The notes under the pieces are model-generated. The model was given only the letters and a program-made list of their open reading frames with translations. It was not told the DNA's origin and did not search any database. Shown here piece by piece: positions 45,570 through 57,948 of a DNA stretch of 64,000 bases. Each line of letters begins with the position of its first letter. Positions within the stretch are counted from its first letter, which is position 1. Origin of the DNA: Squalus acanthias (taxonomy: Eukaryota); contig CM059432.1 in assembly GCA_030390025.1 (NCBI GenBank), forward strand, positions 20,648,001 to 20,712,000, read 5' to 3'. A program made the translations under genes and the position numbers.

Positions 45570-48500
45570 CGAATAACTTGGAGTGGGAGGGGGAGGATCC
45601 AGTTGTCGTGGTCCACGTAGGAACCAATGACATAGGTAGAACTAGGAATGAGGTTCTGCTGAGGGAGTTTGAGGAGCTAGGATCCAAATTAAAAAGCAGA
45701 ACCTCAAAGGTAATCATCTCTGGATTGTTACCTGAGCCACGTGCAAATTGGCATAGGGACAAACAGATTAGAGGTTTAAATGCGTGGCTGAAAGAGTGGT
45801 GTGGGAGGAAGGGGTTTCAGTTCATGGGGCACTGGCACCAGTACTGGGGAAAGAGGGAGCTGTTCCGTTGGGACGGGCTCCACTTAAACCGGGCTGGGAC
45901 CAGTATTCTGGCAAACCGAATAACTAGGGCAGTAGACAGGGCTTTAAACTAATGAGGGGGGTGGGGTGGGAGGATTCAGGAAAGAATAAATTTAAAAGCA
46001 GCGAGAGAAATGTCAAGGCTCTAGAGCACAGTAGAGTTTTGGGTAAAAATAAGCAGAGTGGGTCAGGAAGGGACAGAGAGAATAAGAAAGGTAATAAGGC
46101 ATCAATGACTAAGGTGATATCAGGGAAAAATAGAAATAAGTCAAAGCTAAAGGCACTATATCTGAATGCGCGAAGCATTCGCAACAAAATAGCTGAATTA
46201 ATAGCGCAGATAGAAATTAACAGGTTTGATCTAATAGCCATAACGGTTACATGATTGCAATGTGGCCAAGGTTAGGAACTAAATATTCCAGGATACTTAA
46301 CTTTTAGAAGAGATAGGCAAAATGGAAAAGGAGGAGGGGTAGCCCTGATAATAAAGGATGGGATAAAGACAGTAGAGAGAAAGGATCTTAGCTACGAAAA
46401 TCAAGAAGTAGAATCAGTTTGGGTGGAGCTAAGAAACAGCAAGGGGCAGAAAACATTGGTGGGAGTTGTTTAAAGGCCCCCAAACAGTAGTTGTAATGTA
46501 GGACAGAGTATAAATCAGGAAATTAAAGGCGCATGTAACAAGGGTAATACAGTGATCATGGGGGACTCTAATCTACATATAGACTGGGCAAACCAAATTT
46601 GCAGTAATAGTGTGGAGGACGAATTCATGGAATGTATGCAAGATAGTTTTCAAGATCAGTATGTTGAGGAACCAACGAGGGAACAGGCTATTTTAGATCT
46701 AGTATTGTGCAATGAGAAAGGGTTAATTAATAACCTTGTAGAAAAGGGGCCTTTAGGGAAGAGTGACCATAATATGATAGAATTTTATATTCAGTTTGAA
46801 AGCGATTTAGTTAAATCTGAAACTAGGGTCTTAAATCTAAACAAAGCAAACTACGTAGGTATGAGGGGTGAGTTGGCAACAGTAGATTGGGAAACTCGAT
46901 TAAAAGGTATGACAGTAGACAAGTAATGGCTAGCATTTAAAGAATTAATACATAATTTACAACAAATATACATTCCTTTAAGGCACAAAAAACCCACAGG
47001 AAAAGTGGTCCAACCGTGGCTAACAAGAGAAGTTAAAGATAGTATTAGATCAAAGGAAGAGGCTTATAATTTTGCCAACAAGAGTAGTAAACCTGAGGAT
47101 TGGGAGGATTTTAGAATTCAGCAAAGGAGGACCAAGAAATGGATAAAGAAAGGGAAAATAGAATATGAGAGTAAACTAGCAAGAGACATAAAAACAGACT
47201 GTAAAAGATTCTATAGGTATGTAAAAATTAAAAGATTAGCAAAAGTAAATGTGGGTCCCATACAAGCTGAGACAGGAGAAATTGTAATGGGGAATAAGGA
47301 AATGGCAGAAAAATTTAAAAAATACTGCAGGCTGGATTTTACCAGCCCTGAGGAGGTGGATTTGGAGGCGGAACTGCTGGGAAAGTCAAAAAGAATGGGA
47401 GCGGGTCCCGAACCCACTCCAAACCCACCTCCAACCAATCTTCCCGGGAGTCGGGTCCCCGATTTGCGCAGGGAACCGACTCCTAGCAGCGGGAAGAGAA
47501 TTATAGCCACTTAACTGCCTGTTAACAGATAGTTAACAGGCAGTTAAGAGGCTTTTTCCAATTTTTAGACTTCTGCTGCGGGCTTCCCAATGTCGGGGAA
47601 CCCCGCCAGGGTAAGTGAAGCGTGCTGTGGGTCTGTTGTACTGTTGGTGTACAGATGACAGCTGCAGAAGTGGTGTGAAGGATGCAATGGGACACTCGTG
47701 AATATCAGAGGTAAGGAAATGTTGTGAAAGTTATTTTTAATGTGTTTAGATTTTTCTGTAGGTGACAAGCTTTGAAGTGTTTGTGTGGCCTCACCTCAAT
47801 GGGAGAAGTGACAGATCACTTCTGTACCCTCACCTGCAGCTGCCATCTGTTTCATCCTAAGGAGAGAGTCATTGGAGAGCCTGGGTGCAAGGGCTGACCT
47901 TTGTACAGTGATTGTCAGTATTTGACAGCACCTCAATGCTGTCAAACACTGTCAAATCATCTGTCAAAAATTTATGGTTCATGTGCTTTTAAGAAAGCTG
48001 GCGGATGAAGCGTCATCAACTGATGTCATCTGACACCGGCTTTCCCTTAATTGGCCAGCAAGCCCGCAGGGCGGGCTTAACAAGGCCAATCAGGGGAAAA
48101 TAGTGTCTGTGCGTCGGACGTCGCTGGGGGCGGGACTAGAACACGGAAGGCAGCAGTCCCGCCCCCAACTCGTCTCGGTGAGTAAAATCCAGCCCAAAGA
48201 GTCTGTTTTCATGAAAGAAGACGCAAAAAGCTTCCCGGAAATAATGGAGAACCAAGGCTCTAGCGAGAATGAGGAACTGAAAGATATTAGTATTAGTAAA
48301 AAAATAGTACTGGAGAAATGAATGGGACTGAAAGCCAATAAATCCCCATGACCAGATGGCCTACATCCTAAGGTTTTGAAAGAGGTGGCTATAGAGATAA
48401 TGGATGCATTGGTTGTCTTCTTTCAAAATTCCATAGATTCTGGAATGGTTCCCGCGGATTGAAAGGTAGCAAATGTAACCCCACTATTTAAGAAAGGGGC

Positions 48501-49925
48501 GAGGGAGAAAATGGGGAACTACAGACCAGTTAGCCTGACATCAGTAGTAGAGAAAATGTTAGAATCTATTATTAAGGACGTGGTAACAGGACACTTAGAA
48601 AATAATAATAGGATTGGGCAGAGTCAACATGGATTTATGAAAGGGAAATCATGTTTGACAAATCTGTTAGAGTTTTTTGAGGTTGTAACTAGCAGAATAG
48701 ATAAGGGGGAACCAGTGGATGTGGTGTATTTGGATTTTCAGAAGGAATTCGATAAGGTGCCACACAAGATGTTATTAAACAAAATTAGGGCTCATGGGAT
48801 TGGGGGTAATATACTAGTATGGATTGTGGATTGGTTAATGGACAGAAAACAGACAGTAGGAATAAACATGTCTTTTCAGGTTGGCAGGCTATAACTACTG
48901 GGGTACCACAAGGATCAGTGCTTGGGCTTTAGCTATTCACAATCTACATCAATGATTTGGATGAGGGGACCAAATGTAATATATCCAAGTTTGCTGATGA
49001 TACAAAGCTGGGTGGGAATGTAAGTTGTGGGGAGGATGCAAGGAGGCTTCAAGGGGATATAGACAGGCTAAGTGAGTGGGCAAGAGTAAGGAAAATGGAA
49101 TATAATGTGGAGAAATGTGAAGTTATCAACTTTGGTAGGAAAAATAGAAAAGCAGAGTATTTTTTAAATGGTGAGAGATTGGGAAATGTTGGTGTTCAGA
49201 GGGACCTGGGTGTCCTTGTACACGAATCACTGAAAATTAAAATGTGGGTACAGCAAGCAATTAGGAAAACAAATGGTATGTTGGCCTTTATTACAAGAGG
49301 ATTTGAGTATCAGAGTAAAGACATTTTACTGCAATTATATAGGGCCCTGGTGAGACCACACCTGGAGTATTGTGTACTGTTTTGGTCTCCCTACCTAAGG
49401 AAGGATATACTTGCCATAGAGCGAGTGCAACGAAGGTTCACCAGACTGGTTCCTGGGATGGGGGGATTGTCCTATGAAGAGAGATTGAGTAGAATCGGCC
49501 TATATTCTCTAGAGTTTAGAAGAATGAGAGGTGATCTCATTGAAACATACAAAATTCTTTCAGGACTTGACAGGGTAGATGTACGGAGGATGTTTCCCCT
49601 GGCTGGGGATTCTAGAACCAGGGGTCACAGTCTCAGAATAAAGTGTCATCCATTTAGGACTGAGATGAGGAGAAATGTCTTCACTCAGAGGGTGGTGAAT
49701 TGTTGGAATTCTCTACCCCAGAGGGCTGTGGAGGTTCAGTCGTTGAGTATATTCAAGCCAGAGATCGATAGACTTTTGAATATTATGGTACTCAAGGGAT
49801 ATTGGGACAGTGCAGGAAAGTGGAGATGAGTTAGAAGATCAGCCATGATCTTATTCAATGGCGGATCAGGCTCGAAGGGCCAAATGGCCTACTCCTGCTC
49901 CTATTTCTTATGTTCTTATATTCTT
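45570..49925 (+). mobile_element. Long degenerate CR1 LINE (ORF1 esterase C-terminus and disrupted ORF2), interrupted at 47329-48195
   Basis: Motifs HVGTND, WDGLHL, YLNARS, SDHN, NYRPVSL and FADD; several stops and frameshifts; 3' tail present. Confidence 0.93.
47329..48195 (+). mobile_element. Non-autonomous Harbinger-like element, subfamily C
   Basis: TIRs AGGCTGGATTTTAC / GTAAAATCCAGCCC. It interrupts CR1 ORF2 and shares internal hairpins with subfamilies A and B. No clean TSD. Confidence 0.8.
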
Positions 49926-50214
49926 ATTCTTCCTCCTTTGAAAAATTCAGTGTGTAACTGCGGAAAAGCTCAGAGCTCAGCTGCATCCATTTTGGTGTTG
50001 CTGACTTTGACACAGTCATTTCTACAAATTAGTTCTGGTTGTGAGTTCAAGTAAAGGTTCAACTCGATCCATACAAAGCTGAAGATCTCAACAGCCTCTG
50101 TCGCAGAAATGAATACAATTAAGTCAACGTCTGTCCAGGATATTTTATGAATGTCGTCCTGGTCTGTCTTCTGAGCGCTCAAGCACAGAAAAACTATGTG
50201 GGATGACACACAGA

Positions 50215-50700
50215 ACCTACAGCACAGAAGAAGGTCATTTGGGCTATCGTGGCTGTGCCAGGTCTTTGAAAGAGCGATCCAATTAGACCCACTCCCCTGC
50301 TCTTTCCCCATAGCCCTGCAATTGTTTCCTCCAATTATTTAAGCCATTCCCTTTTGAAAGTTATTATCGAATCTGCTTCCACCACCCTTTCAGGCAGTGT
50401 ATGCCAGATCATCATAGAAAGCAAATGGTATGTTGGCCTTTATTACAAGAGGATTTGAGTATAAGAGTAAAGATGCCTTACTGCAATTATATAGGGCCCT
50501 GGTGAGACCACACCTGGAGTATTGTGTACAGATTTGGTCTCCCTACCTAAGGAAGGATATACTTGCCATAGAGGGAGTGCAACAAAGGTTCACCAGACTT
50601 TAAAAAAAAAAAGTGTTTCTTTTGCCAATTATCTGAAATCTGTCTCTGGTTATCGACTCTCCTGCCAGCGGGAGCAGTTTCTCCCTATCTACTCTACCAA
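50215..50700 (-). mobile_element. CR1 3' fragment containing a + strand internal RT fragment (~50417-50598)
   Basis: ccaccacccttt caggcag-type 3' region lies on both sides; the insert is colinear with 49265-49447. Confidence 0.65.
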
Positions 50701-53041
50701 AACACATAGCTGCGTTTAACGCTTCTCTGCCTTAATACTGTGTCTAATACTTCATTAAATTATTTGTAATTGTAAGAATGTGCTGCAGTCCCAGCCAACA
50801 ATCCAGTTACATTCTAATGAGATGAGATTAGATTCTAATGAAGTACCAGACACAGCGTTCAAAATGGAGGTGCAGGGACTGGGCATTAGCACAACTATGT
50901 CATTCCATATCATCATCGAGCACCAGAGTGTTCTGAAAATAAGTCTGGGATAACACCAGTGGAGACAATGATTAGGATCTGCATAGAAGCCATTGGGGAA
51001 ATAAAAATGCTAATTTAATAAAACTTGAAGATTTATGTGTGAAAAACCTATAGAGGCTGTACTTGGGCTCACTAATCTATATTTTGTGAGGTCTTCCCAG
51101 AGGATTACTTAATAATCAGACAGTAACAAGGAGCTTGCTTTGCAAACGGCTGTCTACCACTGAACGGAGTAAACAATAGGGGAGCTGCCATTACAAACTG
51201 GTTTGGATCTAACGGAGCAAATGTTAAAATGATAGCCCAACGCATCAAATTGATTCTGAGGAGGTCTGCTTGCTAATGTTGACCTGCAAGTCAGTTGACG
51301 TGGGCTTTTTATTGTTTCTGTAGCTTTCTCTGCTAGTCAGATTTGGGGAGAATGGTGTTACACTGGAGTCCTGGAATTGGCCTTCTGGTCGGATTCCTAT
51401 CTGGTGCTGTTTCCTATTAGACACCAACTGCAAATGGCATCAACTTGAAAGACCCAGAAAACGATTGGGTATACATTGTGTGTTTTGGAGTCGGCTGAAT
51501 TGCTATAACATTACGATGTGATAGAATTGAACTAACCCACTCACTGAGCTTCCTTGAGTTAATTACTATCTAGTGATGTTAATCCAGCTCCTTCACACTA
51601 TCGGCAGAGCTCACTGATTGAACGGAAGTGATTTGAAAAATACGTCAATAGGTAGAAAGAAAAGGGATGTTACAGCCAATTGTATTTATTTTGTAACTGC
51701 AATATGTTAAAAGGTGTTGGATGGTAAGATCATCTTAAAGGCACACTGTGGAATGAAAGGACACATTTGGAACAGCCAACACGACATTTTCATCATACTG
51801 TTGTCAGCAGCAAGCAACGCAATGGCATTTTTACAAATCAGTGACATATTTTGATGCAAATTTTGCCATCGTGTCAGTGTTGCGCAGAACTTTTTCTTTA
51901 ATTATTTGCCAAACCGTTCCCATAAGGACAGTGCTCCTCTAAGTAAAGCGGCAGCTGATCGAGATTTGCTCCATATCATGTAAGAAGTGTGTGTGGCTGA
52001 GAGATGAGCAGCCGGGAAACTAATTGGATTTCCTTTGATTTGAGCTGCCCTACATGCACCACTGATGCTTTGTTTAGTGTTAACACGGGCCTTGGATTCC
52101 CTTCTGAGTTCAATCCTATCAGAATTGCTGGTTGTGTGAAAGCTGCCTATTTAAACTATAGGCCAATTGTGGAGCTGGCCAGTCAGCAAAAACACAATCA
52201 TGGCCTCCCTCACTGCTCCTTGCTTCCTGTGGCTGGTTTATAGTCCTACATAATGCTTTTTTTCCTAACTTGGATGCTGTGCCAGGAAGAACTAAAGAAT
52301 TTTTAAAAATGCACATGTATAAGCACTCTGCACAACCATGGAGTGCAGCTGTGTGTGAAGTGTTCCTTTTATTTAAAAAATTGTTCTCGGGACCTGGGTG
52401 ATGCTGGCAAGGCCACATTTCCCATCCCTATCAGCCCTGAAAATCTTACTTTCTGAAAGACACAAGTGAAGCCTGGGGAATGCTTGTTCTTCGCAGTGTA
52501 GCCTCTTTAGCAGATACATCTTAAATCAGAACACCAAGATCCGCTAGTCTCTTCAGCATGAAAATGTGCGAGCAAATGATAGCACGGATTGCCTGTGAGA
52601 CTCCATTACACACACCTAAGCAGTCCACAAAGACAAAAAAGCTTGAACGCTCCGACTCTAATATGTTAAAGGAAATCTCTAATGTAATTCTGAAATATGA
52701 CTCTGTGCTAATTGCTAAGTTTAAAAAAAAAAGAAAAATCACAGCAGGGTTCACATACTAGCACCGAATTGATAATTTTGTTCAGTGAAGAGGGGACAGT
52801 TCTGATATGTTTCATTGTCATTTTCTTCATTGTTATCACATCAAACTCATTATTTATGAGTGAAGAAGTACAAATTACTGGTGATTGTGTATCAGAATTT
52901 TATAGCACAACTGCAGGCCATTTGGCTCATTGTGCCCTCACTGGCTTGATGAAATTATTATTTCCTGCTCTTTCCCCATACCTTTTTTAAATTTCACTTT
53001 CAATAGTGTAGCCATACCCTTTTAAAGCTATATCAGATTAT

Positions 53042-53886
53042 GGGCTGGATTTTGCCAATGGGGAGCTTTTGGAGGTGGGACTCCCACTTGTCGGGTTTTA
53101 GTCCCGCCTCCATCGACTTCTGGCCAACCCACGCTATTTTCCCTTGATTGACCTTGTTAAGCCCGTCCAGCGGGCTTAGCAGGCCAATTAAGGGGAAGCC
53201 GGTTACAGAGAACGTCAGCGTATGACGTTTCATCTGTCAAATATTTTTGACAGATGAATTGTCATCGTTTGACAGCTCTGTGAAGCTGTCAAACACTGAC
53301 ATTCTCTGTAGTTTGATGAGTTTTTGTATTCAAGACTCATCAAACCTCTTTCTTCAGCAGAAATTAGATGGTTGTTGCATTGGAGAATGCAGCAGCCATC
53401 TGTCATCTCTGCCGCGGAGATGCGAGACTCTCCGCATCCCCAACGATTGAAGCCTGCAGGAAGAAACAAAGGTAAGTAAACTTTATCTAACTCTTTCCAC
53501 TCACCTCACATACTCACCTCTCCACACTTGCACCCATCACTTACCTTCACAGCACACTTTTGCACCCCGCAGACCCCCGCAGACCCACTGCTCGCCTCAG
53601 TGACCCTGGCAGGGTTCGCAGCCTTCGGGAAGCCCGCACTTGTGTGGATAAAATGGGGATAATCCTCTTATCTGCCTGTTAACTACCTGTTAACAGGCAG
53701 TTAAGTGGCTGTAATCCCCTTCCCACCTCCAGGAGACGGGACCCGGCGCGGGTTGGGTACCCGTCTCCTGGGAAGATGGCACGGAGGCAGGTTGGGGGCG
53801 GGATGGGCACCCGCCCCCAGATTCTGCCATTTTCCCGGCAGTCCCGCCTCCATACCCGCCTCCCCAGGGCTGGCAAGATCGCGCCC
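53042..53886 (-). mobile_element. Non-autonomous Harbinger-like element, subfamily A
   Basis: TIRs GGGCTGGATTTTGCCA / TGGCAAGATCGCGCCC, TSD TAT. Reverse complement of 29095-29940. Confidence 0.85.
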
Positions 53887-54087
53887 TATGTTTCCACTAC
53901 TGTTTTTGTTAGGGTGTTCTATATCCTAATAATCCTTAAAAAAAAACTAACTTTTCCCTTTGTTGTTTTGGTCATTTGTGCTCCATATCATTTTGCACAC
54001 CTCTATCAGATCGCCACTCAACCTACTAAAATAAAATTTAGGGAATACATTGCTTGTGGTAGCTCTCAAATTGGTGAATACATGAAC

Positions 54088-54472
54088 ATGTGGTTATGTT
54101 ACTGGACTAGTAACCCAGAGGCCTGGACTAATAGTGCGAGTTCAAATCCCACCATGGCAGTTTGAGAATTTGAATTCAGTTTAAAAAAAAAAAATCTGGA
54201 AAAAGAAAAGCTGGTATCAGTAAAACAAAAAGTGACCATGAAGCTATCGGATTGTTGTAAATACCCAACTGGTTCACTAATGACCTTTTAGGGAAGTAAA
54301 TCTGCTGTCTCTGCCCAGTCTGGCCTTTACGTGACTCTAGTCCCACACCAATGTGGTTGACTCTTAACTGCCCTAACAAGTTGTATGAAACCATCCAGGG
54401 AGACTGGGGATGAGCAATAAATGCTAGTCTGGCCAGGGACGCCCACATGGTAAGAATGAATTTGAAAAAAAA
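54088..54472 (+). mobile_element. tRNA-derived SINE with LINE-derived tail
   Basis: B-box-like GAGTTCAAATCC at ~54138. The 3' end gcaataaatgct...gacgcccacat matches the 15410-family LINE end. Confidence 0.7.
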
Positions 54473-55562
54473 ACTGGAGCTCCCCCTTTCCCTTTTCCTG
54501 CCTCTCTGCTTTTTAATTTTTATTTCTTTGTCACATTTCAGGATTTCTGACAATGCTGCTACAGGGGTGGGTTAACCTGGTATAAAATGTTAAAAAATTT
54601 AGTATTAAGTTAAACTGAACTCTCAAGGGGGTAACCTGACAGGGCCACAGGGCCTGACCAATGATTATTAAGCAGCAGATGATGTGTCTGAACCAGCGTG
54701 CTTCAGAAAATGAGAGCTAGTTTGGACTTTTCAGTGATCATCCACACCTATTCTGGTCGAGGTGACCTGATTCATTTGAGCTCAGCAGGCATAATTGGCA
54801 GATTAGTCCGGTGAGATTCCACTGGGACCAGAATGTAAGAAAAGGACAGAAAACCCCATCGTTCAGACCCAGCAAAGGCTGCAAGAAGGCAAGTGTTGGC
54901 TTGAGGTGGGAATTAAGGTACAGCAGCTAGCATCTGATCTGAAAGGAAATAAAAACCAAAAGAATACGCTGGCTGCTGTTTGAGAGAGCGGAACATGTTT
55001 TGTTGCTTTGTGCCGTTACAGGAAGTTTTAATAAAATCTGGAATTGTCAGTTTTGTTCAGTCACGCATATTCTGAAAAATAAACCAGCTTCTTCATTTGT
55101 CATGAGTCCTGTCTTACCAAGCTGTTCATTGGTTCTGCCGGGTAATGGTAACATAGAGGTAGATATTGGGCAGTGTCAGTTAACTCCGGAATGCAAGTCT
55201 GCTTATGGGAGTAACATGCCACTAAACCCGAATTTGTAACACTGTATTCCTCTTCCAAACCTGCCCTCTCCCCAATATAAACGCATATTTGGCAGCGAGA
55301 AATAACAGGTAACATTTTCTTATGTTCTGGGAGATTTTTTCGTGGATTCAGGAAGCAAATCTCCTTTTATGAATTTTGACTCCGAAGATTTTTTTAAACT
55401 GGGGGTTTATTTAAAGAGCGCGTGAGTCAAAATAAAACTGAGGCTCTGCAGCCCGAATAGTAAAAAGGAAAAAATAATACATCAATAGCAAATTGGTGAC
55501 GACAGCTGGGATTTCAAAATACCCAAGAATATGATATATGAAATCTGATGGAAAAGCACAAA

Positions 55563-56745
55563 ACAACAACAACTTGTATTTATCTAGCTCCTTTTAATGT
55601 AATAAAATGTCCCAAGACGCGTCACAGGAGTGTTATCAAACAAAATTTGACACCGAGCCACATAAGGAGTTATTAGGGCAGATACCAAAAGCTTGGTCAA
55701 AGAGGTAATTTTAAGGAGCGTCTTAAAGGAGGAAAGAGAGGTCGAGAGGCGGAGAGGCTTAGGCAGGAATTCCAGAGTTTAGGGCCTCGGCAGCTAAAGG
55801 CACGGCCGGAAATGGTGGAACAACAGGCCAGAATTGAAGGAGCGCAGTTATCTCGGAGGGTTGTAGGTCTGGAGGAGGTTACAGAGATAGGGAGAGGTGA
55901 GGCCATGGAGGCATTTGGAAACAAGGAGGAGAATTTTTAATTCGAGGTGTTGCTCACCCGGGAGCCAATGTACATCAGCGAGCACAGGAGGTGATGGGTG
56001 AACGGGACTAGGTGCGAGTTAAGACACGGGCAGCAGAGGTTTGGATGAGCTTACGTTTACGGAGGGTGGAAAATAGGAGGCTGGCCAGGAGTGCGCTGGA
56101 ATAAAAGAAAGACTTGCATTTATATAGCGCCTTTCACAACTACCTGATATCCCAAAGCCCTTTACAGCCAATGAAGTACTTTTGTTGAAGTGTAGTCACT
56201 GTTGTAATGTAGGAAACGCATCAGCCAATTTGTGCACAGAAAGCTCCCACAAACAGCAATGTGATAATGGCCAGATAATCTGTTTTTGTTATGTTGATTG
56301 AGGGATATAATATTGGCCATGACACCGGGGATAACTCCCCTGCTCTCCTTCGAAATAGTGCCACGGGATCTTTTACGTCCACCTGAGAGAGCAGACAGGG
56401 CCTCAGTTTAACGTCTCATCTGAAAGACGGCACCTCTGACAGTGCAGCACTCCCTCAGTACTGCACTGGAGTGTCAGCCTAGATTTTTGTGCTCAAGACT
56501 CTGGAGTGAGACTTAGAACCCACAACCTTCTGACTCAGAGGCGAGAGTGCTACCCACTGAGCCACTGGCTGACACTAAATAGTCCAGACTAGACGTAACA
56601 AAGTCATGGATGAGGGTTTCAGCCACAGATGAGCTGAGGCAGGGGTGGAGTCCGGCGAAGTTATGGAGGTGAAAGTAGGCGGTATTAGTGATGGTGTGGA
56701 TATGTGGTCGGATGCTCATCTTGGGGTCAGATACGACACCAAAAT
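55563..56745 (-). mobile_element. L2-like LINE 3' fragment interrupted by a SINE
   Basis: (aac)n tail; peptides GRAFSCRGPKLWNS and AETLIHDFVTSSLDY. Confidence 0.85.
56103..56576 (-). mobile_element. Full-length tRNA-head Deu-domain SINE (SacSINE1-like)
   Basis: Minus strand has A box TGGCTCAGTGG, B-box-like GGTTCTAAGTC, a Deu-type body and tail gcgctatataaatgcaagtctttctttt. Short AATA duplication at the flanks. Confidence 0.85.
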
Positions 56746-57314
56746 CATTCTGCATCAAGGGAACATGAAGAAAATACAAGCTAGACCAGGCTGGGCTGGG
56801 CCAGGATATATTTGGCTGCTCTTGGGAACGAAATACTAAATTAAACAATTCAAGCTGGGACCAACCTTTGAACTTCTTTACTGAAGTATAAATAATCGGC
56901 ATGTGTCATACTTTATTCCAACTCACAGTGCAGGTCATAGTAACTGAAATTGACCCATGTTAAGGTGTCCAGGCCAAGATGATGCTAATAGTAGTTAGAA
57001 AAGGAGACCAAAGTTAATTTCTGTGGACAAACTTGGCATTGTTTAGAATGTGCAAGGAAATTTAAACTGGCTGGAATTTAACAGGAGCATTATTCCACTA
57101 TAGCAGCTATTCAGACTGCAGCTATAATCCAAGGTAAAAAGCACACTTAAGTTGTAATTTGATTACTTGTGGCATATTCTATGAATTAAATTCAAAATAT
57201 GCACTGAGAAGTTGAGGTACAGTTGATTTATGGGACTGCCATTGTTTCTGTACTTTGGAGAGATTTTTTTTAAGTCTATTAGTACGTGATAGTTTAGTTT
57301 TTAGCAAGTCATTG

Positions 57315-57467
57315 ACCCGGAATTTCCTCAGATCCGATCCTGCTTTCCCGCCGTACCTTCACCAGAAGTGCGGTGGAAACCCTGTTTTACGCTTAGACGA
57401 GATTTCTGTCAGCCTTCCGATGAAGGTGCAGTGGTGGAGCAGGAGCAGCTCTGAAGAAATTCCTGGC
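57315..57467. mobile_element. Short palindromic MITE (similar decayed copy near 17535-17680)
   Basis: ggaatttcctcaga ... tctgaagaaattcc; the arms pair imperfectly over most of the length. Confidence 0.55.
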
Positions 57468-57533
57468 TGTTGTTCTTTTCCTTGATATACAGGAGAAGCT
57501 CAATGTCAAACATACCTGCCCAACATATTCATT

Positions 57534-57948
57534 AAGAAAGACATTGTATTTATATAGTGCCTTTCTTGACCAAAGCGCTTTACAGACGATTCATTTGAAG
57601 TATAGTCACTGTTGTAATGCAGGAAGCGCACAGCCAATTTGTGCACAGCAAAGTCTCAAACAGCAATGAGATGATGACCAGATAATCTGTTTTAGTGATG
57701 GTAGTTGAGGAATAAATATTCACCAGGACACCAGGAGAACTCTCCTGTTCTTCAAAATAATGTCATGGGGTCTTTAATGTTCACCTGTAGAGGGCAGGCT
57801 GGGCCTCTGTTTAATGCCTTATCTGAAAAACAGGACCTCAGACAGTACAGTATTCCCTCAGTACTGCACTGGAGTGTTAGCCTAGATTTTGAGCTCAAGT
57901 CTCTAGAGTGGGACTTGAATCCAACGACCTTCTGACTTAAGAGGCGAG
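57534..57948 (-). mobile_element. Deu-domain SINE, older copy (tail-only pieces also at 58080-58170 and 60935-61078)
   Basis: Colinear with 56103-56545. Confidence 0.8.

Noticed and set aside
51340..51450. IWGEWC as a possible TSR exon
   Set aside because: No CxxxCGGG or RxRxC follows and the frame stops soon after.
56500..56576. tRNA-like sequence
   Set aside because: It is a SINE head continuous with the SINE body; no full cloverleaf or terminator.
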